DNA of 63,889 bases from Paraspadella gotoi (GCA_051294375.1 CM119268.1:21015980-21079868), one strand, 5' to 3'. Counted from the stretch's first letter, positions 27,951 through 42,284 are shown. Notes: generated by a model not told the origin, from the sequence alone. Made by a program: numbers and translations.

Positions 27951-28743
27951 ATTCGAAAACAATCTGCCGCCAAAGACGTTGAGGCAACGTTGGAAATCAT
28001 TTTCCAAAAAAATGAGGATCATATTTCACTTAAAGGTTGCACGTTCGAATCCAAGTTGGAGAGAAATACTTATAATTATCGTAGTTCTTTAGAAAGAGAG
28101 AGAGAGAGAGAGAGCATGGGTATACTCGAGATTCGCGGCCGAGGGAAGCCAGGTGTCCGGCCACCGAGCCTTTTGTCCACCATGGCCGGACCACGTCGAC
28201 CGGCCAATCTTTGCCGCCGGGACTCGAGGTCGCGGATCGAGAGAAATAATCTCTGATCCGGAGAAATCCGCGAATCAATAGGACTACGTCCGGAGATCGT
28301 GGTCGCGGACGGAAAATTTTTTTTACTTATTTCTATGAAATATTATATTAAAATAATAAAAAATTAAAAACCTTTAAAAAAGATCAACCTGAAAGTGAAA
28401 CAAAGCAAAGAAAATGTTGTGCAATTATATTTATATAGTTTTATAATTTTTAAAATATGTATCATTTTTTTTGGCAAAAAAAAGTATATGCCTCAGAGAG
28501 AGAGAGAAGAAGAGAGGAGAGAGAGAGGAGAGGAGAGAGAGAGAGAGACGTTATTGCGTACTTCCGCCGACTCTCATTAACAGTTTTAAACCAGATTTTT
28601 TCTCTGCCTCGACCTGGAAGATAAGACGACGACAATGGCGTTCCGAAGTTTTAAATGGCGACAGCGATACGATTAAGAGCAGAGAAAGGATCGCGGTTGT
28701 GTCTTCTTGTTGTTGTCTTCTTGTTGTTGTGACTGGTAATTAT

Positions 28744-28775
<32 letters not shown>

Positions 28776-29099
28776 AAAGATGATGATGATGATGACAATG
28801 ACGATGTTGATGACAATGATGATGATAAAGATGATGATGATAATGATGTGTAGCAGAATAATTTGTGGTTCATTTCAAATGAGATTGAGTTTCATTCATT
28901 GCATATTGTAGTAGTTTAGACCATTTCTCATATCTTTTCATACAGTTTTCATAATAGTCTTATTTTAAGGTCACAAATAAATACTAATATAAGATCCCCC
29001 GTTAGAGATGATGATGCTGATGATGATTGTTAAAGATGATGATGATTATTATGATGATGATGATGATGATGATGATGTTTATCATGATGTAATGATAAA

Positions 29100-29128
<29 letters not shown>
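28744..29128. repeat. Two (ATG)n trinucleotide arrays (28744-28847 and 29008-29128)
   Basis: Direct reading. Confidence 0.95.
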
Positions 29129-29130
<2 letters not shown>

Positions 29131-29487
29131 GATAAAGATCATGGTTATGATGTTTTATGGCGAGATAATACAATAAAGAACCACAGCAACTATATTGAGT
29201 GATTCCTTATTTCTTTTTCATTAGAACAAAGAAAAAAAAAAAGAAAAACTTTTTTCTTTACTTTTTGAATTTTCAAATAAAAAAAATACAATTTTGAAAT
29301 TTACGTACATGGAGCATATTGTAAATTAGAAAAAAACTCATATACTACGTAAGATAATAGTGACATTACAATAAAGTACAATATCCTAAATTTATTTCCG
29401 TGGCGATATTGCTTTGAGTCGCCGACGGAAGGAGTTTCATTGGGAAATAACTGGAATCATTAATCAATTATAACTCGACAAAGAGGA

Positions 29488-29567
<80 letters not shown>

Positions 29568-29791
29568 TGGAGGAGTGAGAGAGAGGAAATATGCAAGGAG
29601 ATAAATGTAAAGGAAAATCGTTACCATCTGAGAAAAGAATTTGGAAGAATCCGATGCATAATTAAAGAGACGAAGTCGTCGCCACCTGGTTGTTGATATC
29701 GCTGGCGATTTCTCAGAAATTGCCTCATTTCAAGAAAGAGAGAGATAGAAGAGAGAGAGAGAGAGAGAGAGAAATAGAGAGAGAAGAAAGA

Positions 29792-29822
<31 letters not shown>

Positions 29823-30418
29823 AAGAGAGAGAGAAGGAAAGAAGAGAGAGAGATAGAGAGAGAGAGCGAAAGAGAGAGAGAAAGAAAGAGAAGAGAGAGA
29901 GAGAGAAGAGGAGAGAGAGAGAGAAGAGAGAGAGAAGAGAGAGAGGAGAGAGAGAGAGAAAATGCCGCCAGAGGGAATTAGAAGAAATCAAGAGAGAGAA
30001 TAGGAGAGGAAACTGTTTCCTCTACGACGTTGGCGTCGATTCGCCAGAGGGGGGAGGGAAAGAGAAGTAGAGAAGAAAAGAGAAGAAAAGAGAAGAATAG
30101 AAAATAGAGAAGGAAGGCATAAAAAGGTTTAAAGAAAAAGATAGAAATAGATGAAATAGAGAAATCCTTTTCATCAGAAATAATACGGAAGGAAAGAATT
30201 TCATACATTTTCATACACAAGATAGGAAAGAAAAGAAGCAAATTTCAAAAAAAAAAGAAGCAAACTTTCTAAAGAATGAGTTAAAAACAAGATCGGACCA
30301 TAAGAGAACAATTGAACCAAAAAAACCTTAGAATTAAAAGAGAAACAAACGAAAGATAGTAATATGGAAGATTCAGAAAGCAGAAAACTTCTTGAAAGAT
30401 TGAAAAAAGAAAAAGGAG

Positions 30419-30456
<38 letters not shown>

Positions 30457-30480
30457 AGAGAGAGGAGGAGAGAGAGAGAG

Positions 30481-30514
<34 letters not shown>

Positions 30515-31623
30515 ATGCCATTGTTCTGGGTGTTTACTGGCAGCAATTCTGTCATTGACGACGCATTCAGTGGGGAAAACTTCGTCAGTTGTCGAGAGGC
30601 GAATGGCATTGGGGACGAGATAAACGGTTTTCTCAGTGTGTCGGTGTGGCAATAAGGACAAGAAATGGCAAAAAATTGATAGGCGAACGGTACCATGGAG
30701 CTAAAGTGGATGCTGTTCCAATGAAAAAAGGTAATTCACATTGAGATTTCAAAATAATTATACCATCACCTTAAAAGATTAATCGTTTAGAAAAAAACTT
30801 TAAAATGTTTAATTGTAAAAGCCTATATGAACAAAAACCATATAAAATAGACAAAAACTAGACTTTTTGGCGTTTTTCTTTCCTTTCCTCCTTTTCTCTT
30901 TTCCTGTTTTCTTTAATTTCATTTCATTTCTTTTCATTACTCCTTTTTTCCTTTCTAAACCTTTTCCATTCCTTCTCTTTTTTCCAACAGTTACAACTTC
31001 CTTTACTTTCCTTTCCTTTCCTTTCCTTTCCTTTCCTTTCCTTTCCTATTCTTTCCTTTCCTTTCTTTCTTTTTTCTTCCTTTCTTTCTTTCTTTTCTTC
31101 TTTTCTTTTCCTTTTCCTTTCCTTTCCTTTTCTTTCATTCCTTCCTTTTCTTTCTTTTCCCTTCCTTCCCTTTACTTTCCTTTCCTTTTTTTTCTTTTCT
31201 TTCCTATTCTTTCCTTTTTTCTTTCCTTTTCTTCCATTCCCACTACCCTTTCCTTTTCTTTTTTCCTTTCCTCCTTTTTTTTCTTTTCCTTCTTTCATTC
31301 CTTTTTCCTCCGCGACATTCCTCCGACGAAAACGAAAGGAAATTATTTTCTTTTTTTTTTCTTTCGTTTCGCGTTGCGAGTTTCCGACGCTCGTTGAAAA
31401 GTCATTTGCTTGCAGTTCCATCTGGTGGACTCTACCAATATTGTTAGGGTTGAAAGAGAAAAAGAGATGGAGAAATGGGGGAGAGTGAGAGTGAGAGAGA
31501 GACAGAGTAATTGTCGCAGCCGAATCATTTGAACGCTATTAACCTGACAGGAAAAGAGTTTCTCTAGAAAATCTTTTAGGTCGTAATGAATTGTTTTGTT
31601 GCTGTGGTCGGGACTCTCGTTTT

Positions 31624-31732
<109 letters not shown>

Positions 31733-32302
31733 AAAAGTTCCGTCTCTCAGTCTCTGATTTAATATTATGATATTTAGAACATTTAATTTTCTTTTTTTTT
31801 CTTTTTTTAACTTTTTTATAATCATTTTCTCATTTTTCTATATTTTTCTTTTTTCATTTTTCTTTTTCTTCTCTTTACTTCCCAATTCCACCTGTGAGCA
31901 TCTGCTTCGTCTGCTCTTGTTTTAGGGTGTCGCAAGTCTCCACCAACGAGCAGGTGCAAAACTACGCGCTACATCTTGTAAACAAAAGTCAGTCGAAATG
32001 CAATCACGGAAAAGTGCACGACCAGGTGCGACATCTACTAAATGAATGCTCCCTGTACGATGGACTTTTTCGTTTTACAATTTCGAAAAATGGAAAAAGG
32101 GAAAACTTTTGTAATTTTTTTTTCAACTAGATTTAATTAGTAAAACTCGAGTCCTTAATTCTGTTACAAAATGTTTTTCCGATGCCAGAGAATTTGGCAT
32201 TTGGTTGGAAAATGTCACCAATTTGTTTGACAAGGAATGGAAAAAAGGCTGGAACATTAAAGAAAGAAATAAAGAAGGAAAAAAGACAAAAAAGATAAAG
32301 AA

Positions 32303-32353
<51 letters not shown>

Positions 32354-32895
32354 GAAGAGAGAAAGACAGAAAGAAAAAATAAAAGAACGAAAGAAAGGAA
32401 GAAAGAGAGAAAGAAAGAAAGAAAGAAAGAAAAAAAGAAAGAAAGAAAGAGAGAAAGAAAGAAAGGAGGAAAGGAAAAGCTAAAACAAATTCTCTAACAT
32501 ACACGGTTTAAAACACAACTTAAAAGATCATCTTATTCAATCAAGAAATTAACAAAAAGATAAACTAAATTAAAAAGTAAACAAATCAATTTAGCCAACC
32601 AAAAACAATATATATATTTAAAAAAACAGAAATGAAGCGGTAGTATTTCATACTCCGTTACTCGTCTGAGAATCAGCAGCACCTATGGCGCCGGAGGTAG
32701 CACGAGCTCCTCCCAACCCAAAGGACTCGGGTTCGCGCCCTGCTGATTCACACAAGTAAAAGCGGGACGGGGCGTCTAACCCACCTGTAGTGACGGACTA
32801 CAGCCCGATTCAAAGTTCGGGACCTTGTGTGCAACGGATGGTGAACTGCTCGCGGCATCGTCTTCCACAGAAAAGAATAAAAACGAGATTCTCGC

Positions 32896-33104
32896 CTGCA
32901 GAATGTCGTAATAAGTGGCGGAGTCGGCGGCGGTGACCGCCTCGTTCTTGAAGAGCCAGAGATTCGCCGAGGGCGTCCCGTTGGCGTTGGCGCCGCCGAC
33001 GCCTCCGACGCCAAGCGGCGTGACGCCGGCGTGGTGGGCGTGGAATCCCAGGTGGGCGCCGCCGACGTCGTGGGCGCCGTTGGGGAGAGAGGAGGCGAGG
33101 CCGC
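32896..33104 (-). CDS. Exon G (209 nt, phase 1 to 0): Gly/Ala/His-rich cytoplasmic segment ending SATYYDILQ
   Basis: Acceptor CCCTCCTCCTCTAG|; strong third-position C/G codon bias; ends at CAG|GCGAGA (GC donor) or 111 nt later, in frame, at CAG|GTGGGT (32785). Confidence 0.8.
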
Positions 33105-33389
33105 CTAGAGGAGGAGGGTGGTGAGGAGGGGAAGGGGAGGGGATTGGGGATTGGGGAAGGAAGGGAGAAGGGATCGGTTGTAGAGAGGGAAGGGAAAGGG
33201 AAGGGGAAAAGGAGGAGAGGGGAAGTGATGGACAAAAGGGAGGAAGAGTTGAAATGGGAAAGTCAATAAGGAAAGAAGGAAAAGAGAAGTTGAAAAATGA
33301 ATAAAGGAAATAAAAAAAAATAAAAAAGAAGAAAAATATTCAAGAAAAAAATATAGGAATAATGATAATCAAAGAAAAAAAAATAGAAA

Positions 33390-33425
<36 letters not shown>

Positions 33426-33949
33426 GTCGAAACTAAGTGTGACAACGAGCTGCTTAAAAACTTTCTCTTCCACTGAAATAAACGACGAAAACATTTTACT
33501 TGAGATTCGATGTCTTGATCTCTTTCATGCTCCTCTTCCTCCTCTTCCTCCTCCTCCTCCTTGCTCTTCCATCCCCGAAAAAATAGGTTTGGCTTCAGTC
33601 CACGACCTTGCAACCATGAGCTCGTCACAACTGCCAATCACTCAAGACTCAGGTTTCTTTCTTTTCACAACATTTTCCGCAGCTTTTTTTTCACGGATTC
33701 AAACTGAAATTGACTTAATAATGAACTGATACACTCACACAGGTTTATCCCTTTGTTTTACGTTTAAATTTTAGAATATGACATAGTTATCCGAACAATC
33801 ATACAGTGATAATAGCTTTTAGAGTTGTTCATGAACTGATAATTCTATTTGGATAGAACTTCTTGAATGTGATTGTCTTTCTATAATTTTAATAACTTCA
33901 CTTTCGTTACGTGAATTCACAAAGACGTCATTCTCTCTACTCTCTTCAC

Positions 33950-34078
33950 CTGTGAGTTCGAGATGATCACTCGAGTTCGAACAGACGACTCCTTTTCTGT
34001 GAAGTAAAGTCGTGATGATGAGGATGAAGAGGATTCCTATAATCACGGCCGTGAATCCGATCAGCAATTCCATGCGAC
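33950..34078 (-). CDS. Exon F (129 nt, phase 1 to 1): transmembrane exon
   Basis: Acceptor CTTTCCCCGTGATTTAG| and donor CAG|GTGAAG; hydrophobic LLIGFTAVIIGILFILIITTLL followed by an HRK stop-transfer and a juxtamembrane Cys; lies within track ORF 33819..34100. Confidence 0.85.
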
Positions 34079-34320
34079 CTAAATCACGGGGAAAGTACAT
34101 ACGATTAATATTCTCTTTATATATTTTTTACATTATCAGTAATTACAAACTTTAGATTTTTTTTATACAAAATTATCACAGCACATAATATCACACGTTG
34201 CATATGAAAAATCCATACGTCAATATGAAACACCTTATTCTGTCTCCCTGAATGGAAGGAATCCCTTTCGCTTCGTCCCGGAATAGAATCCATGATGGTC
34301 ATATGCAATCGAATAGGTAT

Positions 34321-34486
<166 letters not shown>

Positions 34487-35555
34487 CTCCTTTGCTATCT
34501 CTCACAAGAAAAAATGAACCGTGCAATTTATTTTATGAATTCTCTGGTGTATATTCTATTTCTCCTTTGATCCCAAATATACACCTTACTAAGTGTTCCG
34601 TCACAAATACTTAATTTAATAATTACAATACAACTTGCAATTATCTCATTATCAAAATAAACAGTAATGAAGGAATAAAGAAACGGTAAACCAAGCGACT
34701 CCTTTTCTCTTTCGTTTCTTTGCTCGCAATAACGAATCTTCATTAGCGAAATATCCGATTTATTCCTTCATTTATTTGTTGTTGTTATGGTTGTAGTTAT
34801 TGTTCCCATCGTCGTGCGTCGCGACCTTTCGGTCGATTATCAGTCGGCCATCGATTCGTTGTTCATTTATTCTTCATTTGTTTTCTTTCTCCCGATAGAT
34901 GTCGCTCGCTCGCTCGTCGTCGTTATCGACGTTGTTTTCCTAATTGCAAGGAAACGCCGTTGTTTCCCTCCAAGATTGAATATCGTGTTACAAAATTTGC
35001 GTTGTGTAAAGGACTTTCGTTGCATTGAAAATAGAAAGAGAAAAAAAAGTACAACAACCGCAAAGAATGCCTTCTTCACAATCCATTTTGAGATGGCTAT
35101 TAACAAAGCCGTTTATAAAAATAAACTTTGCCCTTGTACTTGGGAAAGCAATCCTTTCTTTCTCTTGCTAAAATTGGTTGGTGAACGAGTACTTAGATAA
35201 CCAAGCCAATGAGAAGAGGTGAGTTTTGTCCAAGCTACACGGGTTGCAAATTTAGGATTCGTCACACTAATATACTTTAATCTCAAGTAATAATATTTCG
35301 GTTATCGTGAGTTATAATCAACGAAAGATTAAAACTAATACTACAAACTTTATTATCCCCCCAAATAAGAGTCTCTGCCTAAAGAGGTTTGAAACCTTTC
35401 GCCCTTGAGACTTGGAAGCTACAAGAGCGAAAAACAATAAAATAAATTTCGTCTTGAGACAAAACACTTCAAGGTTAAGTCGCCCGATATTGAGTGGGAG
35501 AGAGAGAGGGAAAGGGAGAGAGAGAGAGGAAAAAGAGGGAGTGAGAGAGGGTGGA

Positions 35556-35618
<63 letters not shown>

Positions 35619-35752
35619 TGAGAGAGAGCAAAGCAAGGAGAGAGACAAAAGGGGAGAGAGAGAGAAAAAAAGAGGAGAAACTAATGAGCAAGTGGAAAAT
35701 ACTCACAACAGAATAAAGAGACATAAAAGAAAGTGCTTCTCCAGAGAAGACG

Positions 35753-35827
<75 letters not shown>

Positions 35828-36185
35828 CATAAGAGAATAATAACGCTAGGAAGAACGAAGGGTTGGAAGGAGCTCACGACTCGGAAATGGAGGGTCGTTC
35901 AAGACAAAAAGGTTCCATTAACGCCGTACAAGATAAATGGTGAGATTAAAATAGATAAGCGCGCAACGACGATCGGCCGCCGTTCTCTCTCTCTCTCTCT
36001 CTCTCGTCTCTCTCTCTCTCTCTCTCTCTACTCTTCTCTCCCTCTCTGCACTTCATCTTCTCTCTCCTCCTCTCTCATCGTCGCAATCTGCTCTCATCTC
36101 TCTCCCCTGCCTCTAAACATATCGCGAACCATGAAAGCTTATGGTTTCTGTCATCCATCGATTTCAATGAAAAGAACCGAGAAAA

Positions 36186-36400
36186 ATGAAAGAATATAAA
36201 AATGAAGGTAGAAAATGGAAAAAATGGAAAATGAAGGTAGAAAATGGAAAAAAGGAAAATTATGGTAGAAAATGGAAAAAATAGAAAATGAAGGTAGAAA
36301 ATGGAAAAAGAGGAAAATGAAGGTAGAAAATTAAAAAAAATTGAAAATGATTGTAGAAAATGAAAAAAATGGAAAATGAAGGTAGAAAATGAATGAAATG
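36186..36400. repeat. About 28-30-bp minisatellite AAAATGAAGGTAGAAAATGGAAAAAATGG
   Basis: About seven degenerate units. Confidence 0.85.
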
Positions 36401-36544
36401 AAAAATTAAAGCAGAAAATGAAAGGAATTGAAACTAAAAAAAATAATGATAAAAAGATAATTGAAGTAGTAAATGCATAAACCATCGTATGTAGAAAACT
36501 TTAAAAAACAGAAAGTGAAGAGAGAAAAGGACGCAAACGAAATT

Positions 36545-37329
36545 CGAAGGCAAAAAATAGAATCGAACTGAGAAATAATAAGTATTCACGATTTATTTTA
36601 CTTTTTAAAAATATTTCAGAGAAATTCGATGAGTTTGAAAAGGGAGAACTCCACAACTCATCCTACTGCACGGCTGGAGTCGGGGGGAAGTTTTCTTTGA
36701 GTCACAAAAAGAAATATCAACCTCATCGATGAAATTTAGGAAAAACAGACAATGAGTGAATTTCTTTAATTTCTTCCTCGTCATCTCACACACAAGTCTT
36801 CCTTCAGACCTGAAAACAATTAATGGATCTGGGTTGAAAGTCTAGAGGGTTGAGGGGCGAAACCGAATAAGAGGGCTCAAGAGCTCAGGATGCTCTGTGG
36901 CTTTGGAGCTATGGGGTGCAAGGATTCTGCGCATTTGGGATCTAGGGCTCGGGGGCTCAAAGCCTAAATGTCTAAAGGTCTTAGGGGCTCAGGGGATTAG
37001 GGCCCCTCATATCTCAGCTTATCGTTGAATTTTCAAACCCCAGGGAATGGGAATCATGGCGCCAGATAAGGCTATCAGTCATTTCACCGGGAGAAAGAAA
37101 CGAAAGAGAGAGAGAGAGGGAGATAGAAAAAGAAAAATAAGAGAGAGAGANNNNNNNNNNNNNNNNNNNNNNNNNAAAGAGAGAGAGAGAGAGTGGGGGG
37201 GAGAGAGAGAGAGAGGGGAAGAGAGTAGAGAGAGAGAGAGAGAGAATAGAGAGAGAAAGAAGAGAGAGAGAGAAGAGAGAGAGAGAAAGAGAGAGAGAGA
37301 AGGAGGGAGGAGAGATAGAGAGAGAGAGG

Positions 37330-37420
<91 letters not shown>

Positions 37421-37589
37421 GACATTTTTCACCGCATCATTTCACCCTTTCTTACGCGTTTTCTTTCCTTAATTACTCTTTCAACCGGCGAACGCAGATT
37501 ACGTGGCGAGAGAAAGCGACACCTGGTTCCGGAAACGGGGGGAGGCACGCCTCTCAACACGCCCGCCGACCACACCCTCCAACGCTTCG

Positions 37590-37659
<70 letters not shown>

Positions 37660-37898
37660 TGAAATAAGAGTATTCAGCTTAAAACATTCTTCACCTCTCT
37701 TCTCTCTCTCTCTCTCTGTCGTCTCTCTCTCTCTCTCTCTCTTCTTGTCTCTCCTTTTCTCCTCTCTGTCTCTCTCTTACTCTCGCTCCCATAAAATAGT
37801 TTAGGCCGCAACGATCTTGATGACAAAGACACGTGTCATAATAAAACCGTTTGCCATCTGCGCTTCCTTCTCTCTTCTCTCTCTCTCTCTCTCTCTCA

Positions 37899-37934
<36 letters not shown>

Positions 37935-38153
37935 CTCTCTTCTCCTCTCTCATCTCTCTTCTCTCTCTCTCTCTCTCTCTTTATTTCCCTCTTAACTCTC
38001 TCTCTCTTTATCTATTTCAGCCCAAGTATGAAAAAGGTTATATCAAGACAGAAATGAGTGAGAGTTGGAAAAAGTCGAACGATTGGGACAGAAGGATTCG
38101 TCGCTGCCGCCGCCGCCGCCGCGCCGCTGCCGCCGCCGCCGCCGCTGCCGCCG

Positions 38154-38194
<41 letters not shown>

Positions 38195-39735
38195 GCCGCC
38201 GCCGCCGCCGCCGCTGCCGCCGCCGCCGCGTCGTCGTCGTCGTCGTCATCTTTTGCAAAAGTTGTTAAATGTACAATGGAAACTCTACGGATTGTAAAAG
38301 TGTTTTATCGTTTACAATGAACAATTTTACAATGAAACTCTACGGATTGTAAAAGTGTTTTATCGTTTACAATGAACAATTTTACAATGGAAACTTCTCT
38401 CTCTCTCTGTCTGTCTCTCTCTCTCTCTCTCTCTTCTTGTCTCTCCTTTTCTCCTCTCTGTCTCTCTCTTACTCTCGCTCCCATAAAATAGTTTAGGCCG
38501 CCAACGATCTTGATGACAAAGACACGTGTCATAATAAAACCGTTTGCCATCTCGCTTGGCAGGCGGCAGCGGCGGCGGCGGCGGGCGGGCGCGGCGGCGG
38601 CCGCGGCGGCGGCAGGCGGCAGGCGGCGGCCGGCGGCGGCGGCAAGGCGGCACGGGGCAGCGGCAGCCGGCAGCGGGCATCGGCACGGCGGCGACGACGC
38701 AGAATACCTTCCACTTGGTACTAGCTCTCCAAATGCGGGTTCGACCCTTTTCCAACTCTCACTCATTTCTGTCGTTGATCATAAACAGCCTTTCTCACTA
38801 CGTTGTCTGAGAATAGATAAAGAGAGAGAGACAGTTTAAGAGGGAAATAAAGACGAATGAGAGGAGACGGAACGAAGATCGAGAGGAGAGGAGCAGAGAC
38901 GGAGATGAGAGACGAGACGAGAGAACGAGAGAAACGACGATGGGCAAACTGTTATTATGAACACCGTGTCCATCTGCTCATCAAGATCGTCGGCGGCTAT
39001 TTGTATGAACACCTCCTCTCTCTACTGGGGGATGCATGCATAGGTAAGAGTATGAGACACGAGCAGGGGAAAAAGGATAGAAGAGCGGAGCAAGAGAGAT
39101 AGAATCTGTAAGGGGCTCTCAATCTCTTGCATCACGCGAGGCGGCTCAAAAGGGGGAACACGCTTGTTAAGTCAGATCGATATGGATAATACTTTCAGCT
39201 ATACTTCTTACACTGCTTTATCAGGTTTACGCCTTGAACAAAATTAGATCGATCTCTTTTTTTTTTTGACCTCGAGCGGCGAGGAACCACGAACAAGGAA
39301 AGAAAAGAGAGATGACAGAGATTGGGTGACCGAAGAAATACAGCGGCTCGCGACAATATCAGTCGTCGGACGCGATCGCCCGAAAAGAATAGGTATTTCA
39401 AGCTGAATACATGTCTGATCTCCATTTCACTCTCTCTCTCCTTCTTTCACTTGGCCGCGGGCTCTTCATACTCTCTCGGTCCTTCCACAGAGACGTCGCT
39501 TCTTCCATTACTCTCTCCCATCTAATCGTGTTTTTCTCTCATACATCGCCTCATCGTAAGGTCCCCCTTTTTTTTGTCGTGCCGCTCTCTCCTCTCTCTC
39601 TCTCTCTTCTTCTCCTTCCTCTCTCTCTCTCTCTCTCTCTCTCTTCCTCTCGTCATCCTCAGTCTCTTTCTTGCTTCTCGTTCTGTGTGATTGTCTTCTC
39701 TTATCTTTTCTCTCTCTTTTCTCTCTCTCTACTCT

Positions 39736-39766
<31 letters not shown>

Positions 39767-39810
39767 GTTTTCTCTTTCTCTCTCTTCTCTTCTCTCTCTC
39801 TCTTTTACGT

Positions 39811-39845
<35 letters not shown>

Positions 39846-40355
39846 CTCTCTCTCTCTCTCTCTCTCTCAAATTGGGTCTGTAGGCTCAATCTGTGCTTTA
39901 TGCAGCGGCTTAATTATCTGATATCGCTCCCACACTTACCCGTCCCACGAATATTTAAATACTGATTTTTTGAGCATGGGCGTGAAGCTGGAGCCAGCCT
40001 TTGAGTGTGCTCTCCCCCCGCCGCGTTTTCCTCCGGAAACCAGGGTCTGCGCGCTAGGCTATTTGCCGTTCTCTACAGACCACGTTAATTCTCCGGCGTT
40101 CGCTTAGTTCTTGGCGAGTGAGTGAAGAAGCGCGTATGATGAAATGAGGTGATGAGCCGCAGTTGATCCTCCTCATCCTCCCGCTCTCCAGGGTGATTCC
40201 GATATGATGGGTGTGCGGGAATATCAATGTCCTCACTCTCCCTCTCTCTCTCTCTCCCTCTTCTCCTCTCGTTTCTCTCTCTCTCTCTCTTTCTTTCTTC
40301 CCCCCTCTCTCCTCTCTTTTTCCCCCCTATCTCTCTTCTTCTTCCTTTCTCCTCT

Positions 40356-40401
<46 letters not shown>

Positions 40402-41157
40402 GCTCCTCCCCCTCTCTCTTCGTCTCTCCCCCCCAACTCTCTCTCTCTTCTTTTTCTCTCTCTCTTATTTTTCTTTTTCTATCTCCCTCTCTCTCTCGCT
40501 CTCTTTCCGTTTTCTTTCTCCCGGTGAAAATGGACTGATAGCCTATATTCTGGGCGCCATGATTCCCATTCCCTGGGTTTGAAAAATTCTAACGATTAAG
40601 CTGAGATATAGAGGGGCCCTAATTCCCCTGAAGCCCCTAAGACCTTTAGACATTTAGGCTTTGAGCCCCCAGAGGCCCTAGATCCCAATATGCGCAGAAT
40701 CCTTTGCAACTCCCATATCTCCAAAGCCACAGAGCATCCTGAGCTCTTGACCCTCTTATTCGGTTTCGCCCCTCAACCCTCTAGACTTTCAACCCAGAAT
40801 CATTTTTTCCAATTTAATTGTTTTCAGGTCTGAAGGAAGATTTGTGTGTCATAGGAGGAAGACTTGTGTGGAGATGACGAGAAGAAATTAAGGAAATTCA
40901 CTCATTGTTCTCGTTTTTCCTAAATTTTTTCAAATCTCGAATTTGCTGGGAGGTTGATATTTCTTTTTGTGACTCAACAGAAAACTTCCCCCCGACTCCA
41001 GCCGTTGCAGTAGGATGAGTGTGCGAGTTCTCCCTTTTCAAACTCATCGAATTTTCTCTGAAAATATTTTAAACAAGTAAATAAATCGTGAATAACTTAT
41101 TAGTTTCTCAGTTCGATTCTATTTTTTGCCTNNNNNNNNNNNNNNNNNNNNNNNNNC

Positions 41158-41188
<31 letters not shown>

Positions 41189-41320
41189 ATCTTTTGCAAA
41201 AGTTGTTAAATGTACAATGGAAACTCTACGGATTGTAAAAGTGTTTTATCGTTTTACAATGAACAATTTTACAATGAAACTCTACGGATTGTAAAAGTGT
41301 TTTATCGTTTTACAATGAAT
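36545..41320. repeat. Inverted and tandem duplication complex; 38390-41131 is probably noisy read-derived sequence
   Basis: About 40010-41131 is the reverse complement of about 36545-37560; 38400-38550 repeats 37720-37860; 38550-38770 is a garbled reverse complement of 38050-38230; the sequence after the 25-N gap (41157 onward) restarts at what is seen at about 38220. Confidence 0.85.
38105..38248. repeat. (GCC)n then (GTC)n arrays, followed by an about 57-bp tandem repeat at 38272-38390
   Basis: Direct reading. Confidence 0.9.
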
Positions 41321-41846
41321 CGTAAAATGAAGCGAAAGGGAATTTTGTGGGGAGAAGGGATGTGCCTTGGCTGTTGTTGTTGTTGTTATTGTTGTTGTTT
41401 TTTCCTAATGAGTTGGAAGAGAGTGATTCAATGACAATCGAGTCTTTGTGTCGGAGGAGGCGTCGAGAAAAGAAAATGTAATATTTTTTAAAAAAATTAT
41501 AAATAAAAATATAATATTGAGCTATGCTTTATGTACATCTTGATAAAAATAGGGTAAGATAAAAATAAAATTCAATAAACATTAAATCAGAAATAAAACA
41601 AAAATTGGTTAAGGTAAAAAAAACTATAAAACTTGAAAAAAAGAAAAAGACTACAAAAATGAGACTAAAAGAAAAGAACCCAAAAAAAGGAAAGGTTAAA
41701 TTAAAAGGAAAGAACTTGAAAAGGAAAGACTAGAGTAGAAACGCGAACTGAAACAGAAGCAGAAAATCCAGGAACCAGATCAAAAATTATGGAGGAAATT
41801 AAAGGAAAGAATCAAAGACGAAAAACTCGGACTTTAAATGGAAACT

Positions 41847-41971
<125 letters not shown>

Positions 41972-42284
41972 GGAACAAGCGAAGAAAAAATGGATTTTTT
42001 TCGCAAATGAAGAAAAAGAGAGTGAGAGAGAGACGAAATGAGAAAAAAAAATCAAATCTAGAATCAGTAAGAAAATTCTGTTCAAGAAAAGAATTAAAAT
42101 ACGGAAAATATAACGAGAGAAAGAAAAAGAAAAGTAAAGAAAAAAAATGAATGAATAAAGAAAATTGTGGAAAAGAGAGAAAAAGAAAAAAAAAGAATTT
42201 AAAAATTGAGACGAATGAAGTCATCATCACCGCAAATGATTCTCTTCTCCAAAAGAGCGAAGCATCTTTCATGCTATGGAAGAA

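Noticed and set aside
28561-28613. Minus-strand exon-like stretch (TTCCAG|GTCGAGGC...GAA|GTACGC)
   Set aside because: It does not fit the phase 0-to-0 slot between exons G and H, and the donor is weak
29616-29618. Possible 3-nt microexon on the minus strand (TTTCTCAG-ATG-GTAACG)
   Set aside because: It is phase-neutral but too short to tell from chance without reads
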